Shown piece after piece: positions 12,054 through 25,900 of a DNA stretch of 64,000 bases. The stretch lies in assembly GCF_009914755.1 (NCBI RefSeq), contig NC_060927.1; one strand, 5' to 3'. This stretch comes from the human T2T-CHM13v2.0 reference genome, Homo sapiens. Within the stretch, counting starts at the first letter, position 1. Every line of letters begins with the position of its first letter. Both the position numbers and the translations under genes were made by a program. Below the pieces are notes generated by a model that saw nothing but the letters and a program-made list of their open reading frames with translations, made no database searches and was not told where the DNA came from.

Positions 12054-15000
12054 TTTATTGCTTTATTTATTTGTTTATTATTTCCATAGGTTATTGGGGA
12101 ACAGGTGGTGTTTGGTTACATGAGTAAGTTCTTCAGTGTAATTTGTGAGATTTTGGTGCACCCATCACTCAAGCAGTATACAGTGAGCCCTGTTTGTAGT
12201 CCTTTATCCCTCACCCTCTTCTGATCCTTTCACCCTGAGTCCCCAAAGTCCATTTTGTCATTCTTATGCCTTTGCATCCTCATAGCTTAGCTCCACTTAT
12301 GAATGAGAACATATGATGTTTGGTTTTCCATTCCTAAGTCACTTCACTTAGAATAATAGTCTCCAATCTCATCCAGATTGCTGTAAATGCCATTAATTCA
12401 TTCCTTTTTAGGACTGAGTAGTATTTCATTGAATATATATATACCACAGTTTCTTTATCCACTTGTTGGTTGATGGGCATTTGGATTGGTTCCACATTTT
12501 TGCAATTATGAATTGTGCTGCTATAAACATGCATGTGCAGGTATCTTTTTCCTATAATGACTTCTTTTCCTCCGGGTAAATACCCAGTAGTGGGATTGCT
12601 GGATCAAATGGTAGTTCTACTTTTAGTTCTTTAAGGAACCTCCACACTGTTTTCCACAGTTGCTGTACTAGTTTACATTCCCACCAGCAAAGTAGAAGTG
12701 TTCCTGGTTCACCACATACATGCAAACATCTACTATTTTTTGATTTTTTGATTACGGCCATTTTTGTAGGAGTATGGTGGTATTGCATTGTGGTTTTGAT
12801 TTGCATTTCCCTGATAATTAGTGATGTTGAGCATTTTTTCATATGTTGGTTGTCCATTTATATATCTTCTTTTGAGAATTGTCTATTCATGTCCTTAGCC
12901 CACTTTCTGATGGGATTGTTTTTTGCTTGGTGATTTGTTTGAGTTTGTTGTAATTCTGGATATTAGTGCTTTGTCAGATATATAGATTGTGAAGATTTCC
13001 TCCCACTCTGTGGCTTGTGTGTTTTCTCTACTGACTCCTCCTTTTGTTGTGCAAAAGCTCTTTAGTTTAATGAATTTCCAGCTACTTATGTTTGTTTTTA
13101 TTGCATTTGTTTTTGGGTTCTTGGTCATGAAATCCTTGCCTAAGCCAATGTCTAGAAGGGTTTTTCCAATGTTATCTTCTGAATTTTTACAGTTTTAGAT
13201 CTTAGATTTAAATCCTTAATCCATCTTGAGTTGATTTTTGTATAAGGTGAGAGATGAGAATCCAGTTTTATTCTCCTACATGTGGCTAGCCAATTATCCT
13301 AGCACCATTTGTTGAAAAGGGTATCCTTTCCCCACTTTATGTTTTTGATTGCTTTGTCAAAGATCAGTTAGCTGTAAGTACTGGGGTTTATTTCTGGGTT
13401 CTCTATTCTGTTCCATGGGTCTATGTGCCTATTTTGATACTAGTACCATGCTGTTTTGGTGACTATGGCCTTACAGTATAGTTTGAAATCAGGTAATATG
13501 ATGCCCCCAGATGTGTTCTTTTTGCTTAGTCTTGCTTTGACTATGTGGAATCTTTTTTGGTTACATATGAATTTTAGAATTTTTTTTTAATTCTGTGAAG
13601 AATGATGGTGATATTTTTATGGAAATTGCATTCAATTTGTAGACAGCTTTTGGCAGTATGGTAATTTTTACAATGTTGATCCCACCCATCCATGAGCATG
13701 GGATGTGTTTTTATTTGTTTCTGTCATCTATGATTTCTTTCAGCAGTGTTTTGTAGTTTTCCTTGTAGAGGACTTTCACTTCCTTGGTTAGGTATATTCC
13801 TAAGTATTTTATTTTATTTTTTTGCAGCTATTGTAAAAGGGGTTGAGTTCTTGACTCAGCTTTGTTGCTGTTCATGTATAGAAAAGGTACTTATTTGTAT
13901 ACGTTAATTTTGTATCCAGAAACTTTGCTGAATTTTTTTTTTTATCAGTCCTAGGAACTTTCTGAAGAAGTCTTTAGAGTATTCTAGGTAAACAGTTATA
14001 TCATCATCAGTGACAGTTTGACTTCCTCTTTACTGATTTGGATGCCCTTTATTTCTTTCACTTGTTTGATTGCTCTGGCTAAGACTTCCAGTACTGTTGA
14101 AGAGGAGTGGTGTGAGTGGGCATCCTTGTCTTGTTCCAGTTCTCATAGGGAATGCTTTCAACTTTTCCCCATTCAGTATTATGTTAGCTGTGGGTTTGTC
14201 ATAGATGTCTTTTATTATATCTATGTATGTAATATAGGGTATGTCCTTGTATGCCGATTTTGCTGAGAGTTTTAATCATAAAGGATGCTAGATTTTGTTG
14301 AATGCATTTTCTGCATCTATTGAGATAATCATGTGAGTTTTGTTTTTATTCTGTTTTATGTGGTTTATCACATGTGTTGATGGGCATATGTTAAACCATC
14401 CCTGCATCCCTGGATGAAACCCACCTGATCATCACGAATTATCTTTTTGGTATGTTGTTGGACTTGGTTAGCTAGTATTTTATTAAGGATTTTAGCATCT
14501 GTGTTCATCAGGGATATTGGTCTATAGTTTTCTTTTTTGGTTATGTCCTTTTCTGGTTTTGGTATTAGGATGATACTGGCTTCACAGAATGATTAAGAAA
14601 GGGTTCCCTGTTTCCCTATCTTATGGAATAGTGTCAATAGGATTGATACCAATTCTTGTTTGAATGTCTGGTAGAATTCTGCTGTGAATCTTTCTGGTCC
14701 TGGACTTTTTTGTCGGTAATTTAAAAAATTACCATTTCAATCTCACTGCTTGTTTTTGGCCTGTTCAAGGTATCTAAATCTTCATGATTTAAGCTAGGAG
14801 GGTTGTGTATTTCCAGGAATTTATCCATCTCTTCTGGGTTTTCTAGTTTATATGCATAAAGGTGTTGATAGTAGGCTTGAATGATCTTTTGTATTTCTGG
14901 GACGTCAGTTGTAATATCTCCTATTTTGTTTCTTATTAAGCTTATTTGTATTTTCTCCCTTCTTTTCTTGGTTAATCTTGCTAATGGTCTATCAATTTTA

Positions 15001-17635
15001 TTTATCTTTCCAAAAAGCCAGCTTTTTGTTTCATTTATCTTTTGTATTTTTGTTTGTTTTAATTTCCTTTAGTTCTTCTCTGATCTTGGTTATTTCCTTT
15101 CTTCTGCTGGGTTTGGGTTTGGTTTGTTCTTGTTTTTCTAGTTCCTTGAGGTATGATCTTAGAATGGAAGCTTGTGCTCTTTCAGACTTTTTGATGTGGG
15201 TGTTTAGAACTATGAACTTTCCCCTTAGCACCACCTTTGCTGTATCCCAGAGGTTTCCATAGGTTGTGTCACAATTGTCATTCAGTTCGAAGAATTTTTT
15301 AATTTCCATCTTGATTTTGTTTTTGACCCAATAATCATTCAGGAGCAGGTTATTTAATTTCCGTGTATTTGTATGGTTTTAAAGGTTCCTTTTGGAGTTG
15401 ATTTCCAGTTTTTTTCCACTGTGTTCTAAGAGAGTGCTTGATATAGTTTTAATTTTTTTTTAAATTTATTGAGGCTCGTTTTGTGGCCTATCATATGGTC
15501 TATCTTTGAGAAAGTTCCATGCACTGTTGAACAGAATGTATATTCTGTAATTGTTGGGTGGAATGTTCTGTATATACCTGTTAAGTCCACTTGTTCCAAG
15601 GTATAGTTAAAATCCATCGTTTCTTTGTTGACTTTCTGTCTGGATGATTCTTCTAGTGCTGTGAGTGGAGTATTGAAGTCTCCCACTATTATTGTGTTGC
15701 TGTCTATCTCATTTCTTAGGTCTATTAGTAACTTTTTTATAAATTTGGGAGCCCCAGTGTTAGCTGCATATATATTTAGAATTGTGATATTTTCCTGGTG
15801 GACAAGGCCATTTATCATTATATAATGTCCTTTGTCTCTTTTAATTGCTGTTACTCTAAAGTTTGTTTTGTCTGGTATAAGAATAGGTATTTCTGCTCAC
15901 TTTTGGTGTCAATTTGCATTAAATGCCTTTTTCCATTCCTTTACCTTAAGTTTATGTGAGTTTTTATGTGTTAGGTGAGTCTCTTGAAGGCCACAGATAG
16001 TTGGTTGGTGAATTCTTATGCATTCTGCTATTCTGTATCTTTTAAGTGGAGCATTTAGGCCATTTAATTTAATGTCAGTATTGAGATGTAAGGTATCATG
16101 CTATTTGTTGCCTGTATACCTTGGTTTTTTGTTGTTTTTGTTTTTTAAATTGTATTTTTGCTTTATAGGTCCTGTGAGATGTATGCTTTTTTTGATGTTT
16201 TTCCAGGATTTGTTTCAAGACTTAGAGCTCCTTTTAGCAATTCTTGTAGTAGTGTGTTGGTAGTAGTGAATTCTCTCAGCATTTGTTTGTCTGAAAAAAA
16301 CCGTATCTTTCCTTCCTGTATGAATCTTAGTTTCTCTGGATACACAATTCTTGACTGATAATTGTTTTCTTTATAAGGCTAAAGATAGGGCCTCAATCCC
16401 TTCTAGCTTACAGGGTCTCTGCTGAGAAATCTGCTGTTAATCTGATAGGTTTTCCTTTATGGGTTACCCGGTGCTTCTGTCTCACAGGTCTTAAGATTCT
16501 TTCCTTTATCTTAACTTTAGATAACCTGATGACTATGTGCCTAGGCAATGATCTTTTTGTGAAGCATTTCCCAGCTGTTCTTTGTGCTTCTTGTGTTTGG
16601 ATGTCTAGGTCTTTAGCAAGACGAGGGTAGTTTTCCTAATTTTTTCCCCCAAATATGGTTTCCAAACTTTTAGATTTCTCTTTTTCCTCCAGAATGTCTA
16701 TTATTCTTAAGTTTGTTCATTTAACATAATCCAAGAGGCTTTGTTCATATTTTCTTCTTATTTTTTCTTTGTCTTTGTTGGACTGGGTTAATTCAAAGAC
16801 CTTGTCTTTGAGCTCTGAATTTCTTTCGTCTACTTGTTTGATTCTATTGTTGAAACTTTCTAGAGCATTTTGCATTTCTGTGTGTCCAGTGTTTCCAAGT
16901 TTTGATTGTTTTCTATTTATGCTATCTATTTTATTGAATATTTCTCCCTACACTACTTATATCATTTTTTGGATTTCCTTGCATTGCACTTCGCCCTTCT
17001 CTGGTGCCTCCCTGATTAGCTTAATAACTTACCTCCTGAATTCTTTTTCAGGTAAATCAGGGATTCTTCCTGTTTTGGATCCATTGCTGGAGATCTAGTG
17101 TGATTTTTTTTTTTTGAGTGTTAAAGAACCCTGTTTTGTCACACTACCAGAGTTGGTTTTCTAGTTCCTTCTCATTTGGGTAGGCTCTGTCAGAGGGAGG
17201 GTCTAGGGCTGATGGCTGTTGTTCGGATTCTTTTGTCCCACGGGGTGTTCCCTTAATGTAGTACTCTCCCCCTTTTCCTATGGATGTGGCTTCCTGAGAG
17301 CTGAGCTGCAGTGATTGTTATCTCTCTTCTGGATCTAGCCAACCAGCAAGTCTATCAGGCTCTGGGCTGGTCCTGGGGGTTGTCTGCACAGAGTCCTGTG
17401 ATGTGAATCTTCTGGGGGTCTCTTAACTATGGATACCAGCACAGTATTTGAGGTGTCTCCCTTTTCTGCAGGAACAATTCACTTTCTTCAGAGGGTCTGC
17501 GGGTCCTCTCGGGTCTCCCGATTTATTCCTGCAATCTTTCTGGAGCAAAAATTCATGATGCGAGCCTCTACACACTACTCTGTCCACCCAAGTCAGAGCT
17601 GCAATCTAGTCCTGCCTCTTATCTGCCATGATCCA
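12054..17635 (-). mobile_element. Near full-length degenerate LINE-1 (L1PB-like)
   Basis: L1PB-type 3' UTR. ORF2 remnants include the endonuclease NIYAANTGAP...IIVGDFNTPL at 15426-15818 and the C-terminal region at 12552-12857. ORF1 remnant YPEKLRF..EGKIRFFSDKQMLREF at 16163-16345. 5' region extends to about 17.6 kb. Confidence 0.93.
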
Positions 17636-18333
17636 CCTTACTCCCTCAATCTCATTTAGCTTTCTGTTTTACACATTTGAAATTATTTATTTATGACTAA
17701 GCACATTATATCTAGCTTATAATTAGTGATTTTAAAACTTCCATTTTTTGGCTATAGAATGTTTCATAAAATAAAATTTTATAGACTATCAGACATGACA
17801 GACAGATGAAAGCAGGGCTGCTTTGGCGCAAGTGTGTTTGTATGGGTCTGGAGTTGCCCTCAATCTGCTTGGTCTTCCTCTTCTTCCCTAAAATGGTCCC
17901 TGAAGCACTTCTTCTGAATCGAGGGCTACCTGGAACACAATATAAAAATCTCTTAGACTAGGTGCTTTCTAAATCCACTCCCTTTCTCCCAACTGCTTTT
18001 CCAATATCTATCTTTCTGTAAGACGTAATAGGAACTTTAGTTTATTCGAGCTTTCTGTCTTGCCAATTAACCTTTGCGATCAACGTCTTGTTTTGGTGTC
18101 TTCGAGGGATTCACTCAGCCTTCCATACACATTTTAAGGGTGTGAGTGGGCAAGGCTCTCCAAAGGGAGACACTGTAGTATGTAGAGAAACATTTTACAC
18201 AACAAGCTAATAGAATGCTTTGGAGAGGAGACGATAACCTAGAGGTAACTGGGTTGCCTCTATTTACATATGTGAAAAGCTCCTTCCTTCCTTCTCTGAA
18301 TAAATCTGGATATGGAAAGTTAGTACCTTGTGA

Positions 18334-18667
<334 letters not shown>

Positions 18668-18703
18668 TACATTTTTCTTAAAACTTAAGCAGCAAACATG
18701 GGG

Positions 18704-18722
18704 GCGCGCGCACACACACACA

Positions 18723-18776
<54 letters not shown>

Positions 18777-18800
18777 CTCTCTCTCTCTCTCTCTGTCTCT
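18704..18800. repeat. Compound (GC)n(CA)n(CT)n microsatellite
   Basis: GCGCGCG followed by a long CA run and then a CT run. Confidence 0.95.
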
Positions 18801-21607
18801 GTTTCTCCCTCTACCTCTGTTTAATATTTAAGTGAAAGTCTGTGTAAAATGTATTCCACATTTTTCTGCTTTCTTACACACAGTATGCTGAAGAGAGTAT
18901 GAACAAACTTTTCTCCATGCTTTGAGATCTCTGGAACTGTTTGCTTCATCTCTAAATTGCCCCAAGCTGTTAGGAATTAGTATGTCTTCCTTCACGTATT
19001 CTTTGTTTCTTATATTTCTTGTTAATGTCAATTTGTCTATCAATATTGGCCAGTCTTTTTTACTTTCCCTAGGTGGCCATTTCTAATCCTTTATGAATTA
19101 AGAAACCAGATAAGCAAGCTTTTAAAGATCGGATCCAAACTGCACAGTTCTGCCTGAAGACCTCAGTGACCCCCTGAATAAACTGCCCAATATTTGATGT
19201 TCTGATTTTGTGGCAGGCCTTTTGGATGCTCAGAGTTTTTTTATTTCCTTACTGTTAGTCTCTCTTTTCGGCAGTTGCAATTGCCATGTGAGTGCCCATA
19301 GGATTGAGTCAGCTTTTCCTACGTTTGATCTTGAAGGAAAGAAACAGGGACATTGCAACTTTTATCCTTTTATTTCCTTTGATTGGTATTAATTTGACTT
19401 GAAAAAACAGGTTTTTTTTTGTTAGTGTCACTAAATTATTTTTGGTTTACTGAAACAGTCAAGCTGATTCCTGGATAGGTCCTAAATTCACTAATGAGAA
19501 ACTTCTTAGCTAATCAATGGTTATGAAGTATTATTTCTCTCATGATACCTAAATAATATCAACAATAAAAAAATCTGTCTCTACTCATTGGCCCAAAGAC
19601 CCTCAGGTCAAAGCTGGGTATATTTTGTTGCTTCACTATTCAAAACAGTCTTTATTTGTTTCATTATTAATAACAAAATAAATATTTTTAGAGGGTAAAT
19701 AAAGTCTTTTGTGATGACTTTGTAATGCTGACAGTGACTAACTATTATTAATATCTTTAAAATGATGATGTTAGTGAAACCCAACAGTTGGTTATCTTAC
19801 TGGAAGGTCTTGTAATAGCAAGAATTTTCCTATATTCAGTTCCATTTTGGAGAACACAATGCAATGCGCAGTATGTCTCAGTGCAAGAGAACATATAATA
19901 ATTCCTGTGCTTTAATGGGATTGCACCATATTCTTTTAAATAATAACACTGCCTTTTCTTAAAGAAAAGATGCTAGTATTAGTGTTCTTAAGCCCCAGCT
20001 AAAACATGTTGATGCTAACATGAAAAATGTCGGCACAGACCGTGTCATTCATTCTTTTTACTTTCTAACCTGAGTCAATGACCATAGGATCCACATGGAA
20101 TCCCCACGCCTTCATGAATTTCTCTGTTTTGCCATTCTTTTTTTTTTCTCTCTGTTTTTCCCAATTTCTAAACTGCTTGTTGCTCTAGTCTTCTTTGAAG
20201 CACTTACAGATCACACTCTGGGGTGAACAATTGGAATGAAAAGGTGAGAGACCATTTTTCTCCAGTAATTTTCCATAATTCCCATTAGAAATAATGGGGC
20301 AGTGAAGCCCTATGCAGTTGTTAGGGAAGAACAAATGAGACAAACACTTGTACCTGTGACAGGAGTCTACAATATATGGGTAAGTGAAAAATAATGGTTG
20401 CAAAACATTATTATTATCTCATGCTTGTGCAACACCAACACATAGAAATAGCAATGCATAGGAATGCATTAGATCCTTTCATCCAACAACACATAGAAAT
20501 AATAATGCAAAAAGGCATAGGAATATGTCTAGAAGGAAAATCACCCTAGTTATCAAAAGAGCTATTACTGAGAAAGGGGAGACTAAGAGGGAAGGATTTG
20601 AAAAATACATTGCATGATTATTATATAGAAATATCTGCATTATATGTATACATAATATATAGAAAAATTTACATTGCATGATTATATTAAACAACCACAC
20701 ATGACATTTATCATAAAATAATGCCATTTTGGGGGGTTATTTTATAGAAAAACAAACTAGAGAAGCAGGGTGATGTATTTCTCTGGGGACATAAAGGTGT
20801 CACAGAAAGGAGAGATTTTCCTGGCCAGGATCACTGGTAGATATACACTCTGTCCATGCTGGCAACACGATATTCTATGGCCTTAGCACCAAGACTGAAT
20901 AGCTACAAGCAGTTAAGTGAGAGCATTGAAGGATAGCCTTTCTGTCACCCTCCAAATCACTGAAAATAATTGGACTGACCCTGTGATTAGCCCAGAAGAA
21001 AATCTCATGGAGGTGCATTGACCCAATTCTTTGTAGTCATTTTCTGACAGTGGTTGGGCTTGCTTGCATTTAATTGGATTGTAGAGATGAAAAGAGTGGA
21101 GTTATGTATTTAGAACCATTATCATCTTGAGATGAGCTTTCTTGCAGCATGTGTGGAGCTGGGGTCAGCCTCAGACTGACCACTGGAAAGTGATCCAGAG
21201 TCATTTTTCAAGCATTGCTTTTGAACAACATGGCTTGCAAATTTGGAATTCCAGATAACCAGACATTACAATTTCCATGAGCCATTTTCACGGTTTTGAG
21301 GATAAACAAGAAGCTCTCTAACTCACTGATTTGACGGACAAAACTGTCTTTCCCTGTCTGTGTGTTGGGCACAAGAGAAACAGCAAAAGCTCCTAATTGC
21401 AAATAGAAATTACAAAAGTTTTTTTGGCTTTGGCACCAAAGTAAAAAGTTCAGCTAGAAAAATGGTTCATAATCTTTCTCAGTGTAAAAAGATGGGTTGT
21501 AGGAACATAGGAATCTTTATGTACTAATGGTAGAAAAGTAAAAGATACAGCCACCTTGGAGGACAATTGGGAAGCATTTATTAAATATAAAAATTAGTAT
21601 ACCCTAT

Positions 21608-22237
21608 TGTTTCAGTTATCTACTGCTACATAAAAAATTCTCAAACTTTAGTGCTTAAAAGAATTTGCTAGTGTCTCTTGTAGTTCTGTGGCTTGACTGA
21701 GCTCAGCTGAGTGGTTCCCATTGGGTCTTTCATGTGGCAACCAGACAGTACCTAGGGCTGGAGTTATAAAAACACTTGACCTGGAAAGTAAACATTCTAA
21801 GATGACTTTTTCGCTCATAACATGTCTGAGCTTCAGTTAGGATAGCTGAAATGAATGGGGACTGACTGGCTTTTCTCCCAACTCCCATCATCTTTTACAT
21901 GGCTAGCTTGGGCTTTCTAGAAGGACAGGAATCTCAGCATAGTCATACTTCTTACATAGTGATTGGCTTTCTAGAACAAGTATTTCAAAGGCTCAGGTGG
22001 AAACCGTAAAGCTTCTTATAACCTGGCCTCAGAAGTTCAAGAAAATCATTTCTATCACATTCTATTGGTCATGTAAGTCACTAAGGCCAGGCTCATTTTC
22101 AGGCAGATGGGAATTAGACCGTGCCTCTTGATGTGAGGAGCAACATGAGTTTATATGGAGATAGGAATTTATTATAATAACAACAACAGAAACACCCCTA
22201 GACCATGGGTAGCCATCTTCAGAGACTATTTACAACA
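21608..22237 (-). mobile_element. MLT1-family MaLR LTR inserted in an old plus-strand L1M fragment
   Basis: TGTTTCAGTTATCTACTGCT...GGCTTGACTGAGCTCAGCTG...CACATTCTATTGGTCA...GCCATCTT...ACA, with L1M-like sequence on both sides (about 21500-22640). Confidence 0.65.
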
Positions 22238-22644
22238 CTTACGAATTAGCAACTCCATGTCTTTCTAATTGTAACTGTGCTCAAAAAAACATGTAGAAAG
22301 TTATTCATTGTAGCATTGTTTATATTCCCCAGATAGAATCGATTTAAATGCCCATCAATAGGTGGATAAGTAAATAATCTGGTACATTTATGCTAATATT
22401 AAAAGGAATGTAATAAATGCTGTTTGAATTAATATCACTATATCTGCAATACCTTTTATTGAATGAAAAAAGAAATTGTAGAATTATATGTACAGTACAG
22501 CACTGTTTATACAGTACCACATAATTTTCATGAAATATATCTTTCTATATACATATATTCAAAAATCTGGAAAAAAGGTCTGGAAGGAGGTTTGCCACAA
22601 ACTGGGATGTTTGATGAGAGGAGAAGGACTAGAGTTGTTCATAG

Positions 22645-23023
<379 letters not shown>

Positions 23024-23689
23024 TGACTAAGAAAAAAATTTAAAATTGGCAAAACATATTTAAACAGTTTAATTACTTCAGTTACGGCCAAAGGCTGATG
23101 CTAGGCAAAACTGAATTACTAAGTTTCTTTGTCTAGATGTTTCTAAATAAATTTAGGTCGATAAATATACTCAGGTAGAAATGGATACTGCCATCTTCAC
23201 ACAGGTAGAACTGGTTTATCTACCAAGTTTTGTGTATTGTTTTGTAAATGGCTGGATCAGTATCCAACTAAGAATAGGTTAAATTAGAGTGTTTTAAATT
23301 TTTTTCTATAGCTTAGAGTTAGAAGCACAGTTTTCAACTAGTCCAGTAAAAAAACGTACTGCAACTCCTGACAGCCACAGAGAAAGAGAAATTGACGTCT
23401 CATTTCCATTTTCCTGCACCTTCTCTACCTCCAGTTGTGCCCTTCCCGTAGCTCTCACTCAAATCTAAATTTCTGTTAGCATTCTAGAGCCCTAATAATT
23501 GGCCTGAAATAGGGAGAGACCTGATATTCAAGCAAATGTAGGTAAGGATAAAAGGTTTTTGATTCTGCTTTCTCTTTTTTTCTCTCTCCCCGTTACACCT
23601 TGCCAGTACAATAGAATATACTCTTCAGAAAGTTAACCATCTCTGACACAATACCTCTCTTCTCACAATAAACCCATTTTGCGCATTGG

Positions 23690-24125
23690 GTGTGCCTCTC
23701 CAGATCTATTATCTACTTCATACCACCTCTTCTCTGTCTCACAGGCTGATCTATATGGACTTCATCAATAGGGCTCCCCTGTCCTCTGGTTACTGACCAA
23801 TGAGTAGGCCCAGTCCAAGGTCAGAAACAAGGAAAATAGTAAGACCAAGTTTTTAAATCCTTTCATGAAAACTGCCCTTAGGCTGGCTGTGTTCCTTAAC
23901 TGGAGGTCACTCCAAGGGCAGATTTCTTTATAGTGCTTGACTCTTCCCCATTTCCTTCTTCCTTCTGCCCTGAGGGTGGCAATCGCTTAGCTGCTACTGT
24001 TCCCAGTTACTATATTGTCCGTTGGCGTTACTCTACCCTTATACGGTTGTCATAGCATCTTATAAACCCTACACAAATGACCCCATTTTATGTTGTTGAG
24101 TATGCTGGGATCTGAGTGATCCATG
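23690..24125. mobile_element. Old ERVL-type LTR (LTR33/LTR16-like)
   Basis: GGCTGATCTATATGGACTTCATCAATAGGGCTCCCCTGTCCTCTGG resembles these families as I recall them; highly diverged. Confidence 0.4.
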
Positions 24126-24934
24126 GGATATGTATGTGGCAGGGAATACCATTCCCGTTTGATTCAGAAGCTTTCAGAAGGAGAATATCTATCCCATCCA
24201 ATCTTTTATTTTTTGTTACGCATTATAATAAAGATGTTCAACATGTACAACAATAACATAGATATTTTATCCACATTGGAGGTCTTTGATGTACCATGGT
24301 GGATGTTGTAGGGAAGATGAGCAAGCCTAGTATAACATAATATGTGCTTAAAAGCCTGGGAGTGCTTGGAGAAGTCTGAAGCCTTCAACAATCTATTTGC
24401 AGTGTTATAGAACAAGAGATGTGAGTAAATCTGAAAAAACAAATGAAAATTTGAAGACATTTCTTCAGAGGGCAGCCCTCAACCTATCCCAGCTAGGTAG
24501 ATAGAGGGAGAAAAGCTCAATTGAGAAGAGCTTGAAGAAGATTTTGTTGACTGAGTTTACTTTGATTCAACTTCTTTGAGAGATGCTTGCCACAGGGCAC
24601 CTGTTTCAGGTTTTTAGCAGGTCAAAAAGATCAACGAAATATTGAAAAATTTTATAAGCTAAATTTATCTTCATTTGTACTACGTTACCCTGGTCTTACT
24701 ACTAAGGAATGGGTAGGGACTGTGGATACCTGATACCTTCCTTTTAGATTTTCTAAATAGGCAAGGGAGTCTTGTCTTGCTGAATTCCTATTTTGTAAAT
24801 AACACCAAGGAAGGTATGGGATAATTTTAGGGAAGCCTACTTCCTGTGGTAGTAAAGATTGGTCAGAGAGCATTAGTACTGGCTAAAACCATTAATAATA
24901 ATAATAAATAGCTGGAATTTATTGAACATTTTAT

Positions 24935-25900
24935 TATTTAGGATTTTTTTCCTTTCAAGTAACAGAAGAACATTCAATTTTCTCACATACTATAATATCT
25001 ACAGGGAGGAAGTTTCAGAGTTGATTAATACAGCACCTCATAGACATCAGGTCCCTTGAGTTGGCTTCTCCGTAACTCTCTTGGCTTTCCTTTCATGGTA
25101 GCAAGATGGAGTCCACAGTTTATAAAACAACATCATGGAAGCCAGAATGGGGTCAATCTTTTTCCTCCTGAGTCTCTCTTTTATCAAAGAAGTTGATCCA
25201 AGAAACCATCAGCAGAATTCCCTTGTTTCATTAACTGAGATCAAGTCTTATGTTCACTTCTTAATCAGTAATTATGAGTTCCCCGTCTGGGAGTGGAGGG
25301 TGGGTTGGCCTTTTCTGAACACATTGCTGCCCATACCACCTAGCACTTATTAGCAAGAGAAATGGTCTGTGGTTAGGTAATCAGCATTGTCTGCCACAAG
25401 CTCCTTCTATGGGCCAGGCATGCTGATGAGCATTTTTTGTAGTCTCTTTTTATTTGCTCCTTCTCACAACACAATAAGGTTTATATTATTAAACACATAT
25501 AAAGAAACTGAGGTATAGGGAGACTATATAACACTTCCAGGATCATATAATTAGTAATAATGGAGAGGAGAACCATTAATTCATCAGATATCTGCTTAGT
25601 ACTTGCTAGGTGCAATGAGAATATGACTGCAGATAAGGGACAATCCCTGTCCTCAAGGTGCTCATAGTATATTGGAGCAGTTTTGATGAACAAATAAATA
25701 ATGGTGCCATAGGTGGTAAGGGCAGCTCATGTAAGCATGTACCAAGTTTATCAATGGTACAAAAGAGAGGGTAATTAACTGCATGAGTGTGTCTGGAGGG
25801 GTTTCCTTGTAAATGTTTCCCAAGAAGCTTAACCCTAACAGGGTAGATCAACTAAAGTCCACAGAGAAGATTGGACAAAGGAACAGCACTGGAAAAGTAT
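24935..25900. mobile_element. Cluster of ancient repeats (MLT1-like LTR, MIR, L2 fragments)
   Basis: MaLR-like CATGGTAGCAAGATGG...CTGCCACA, MIR core GAAACTGAGG near 25505, and L2-like ACAATCCCTGTCCTCAAGGTGCTCATAGT. Confidence 0.5.
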
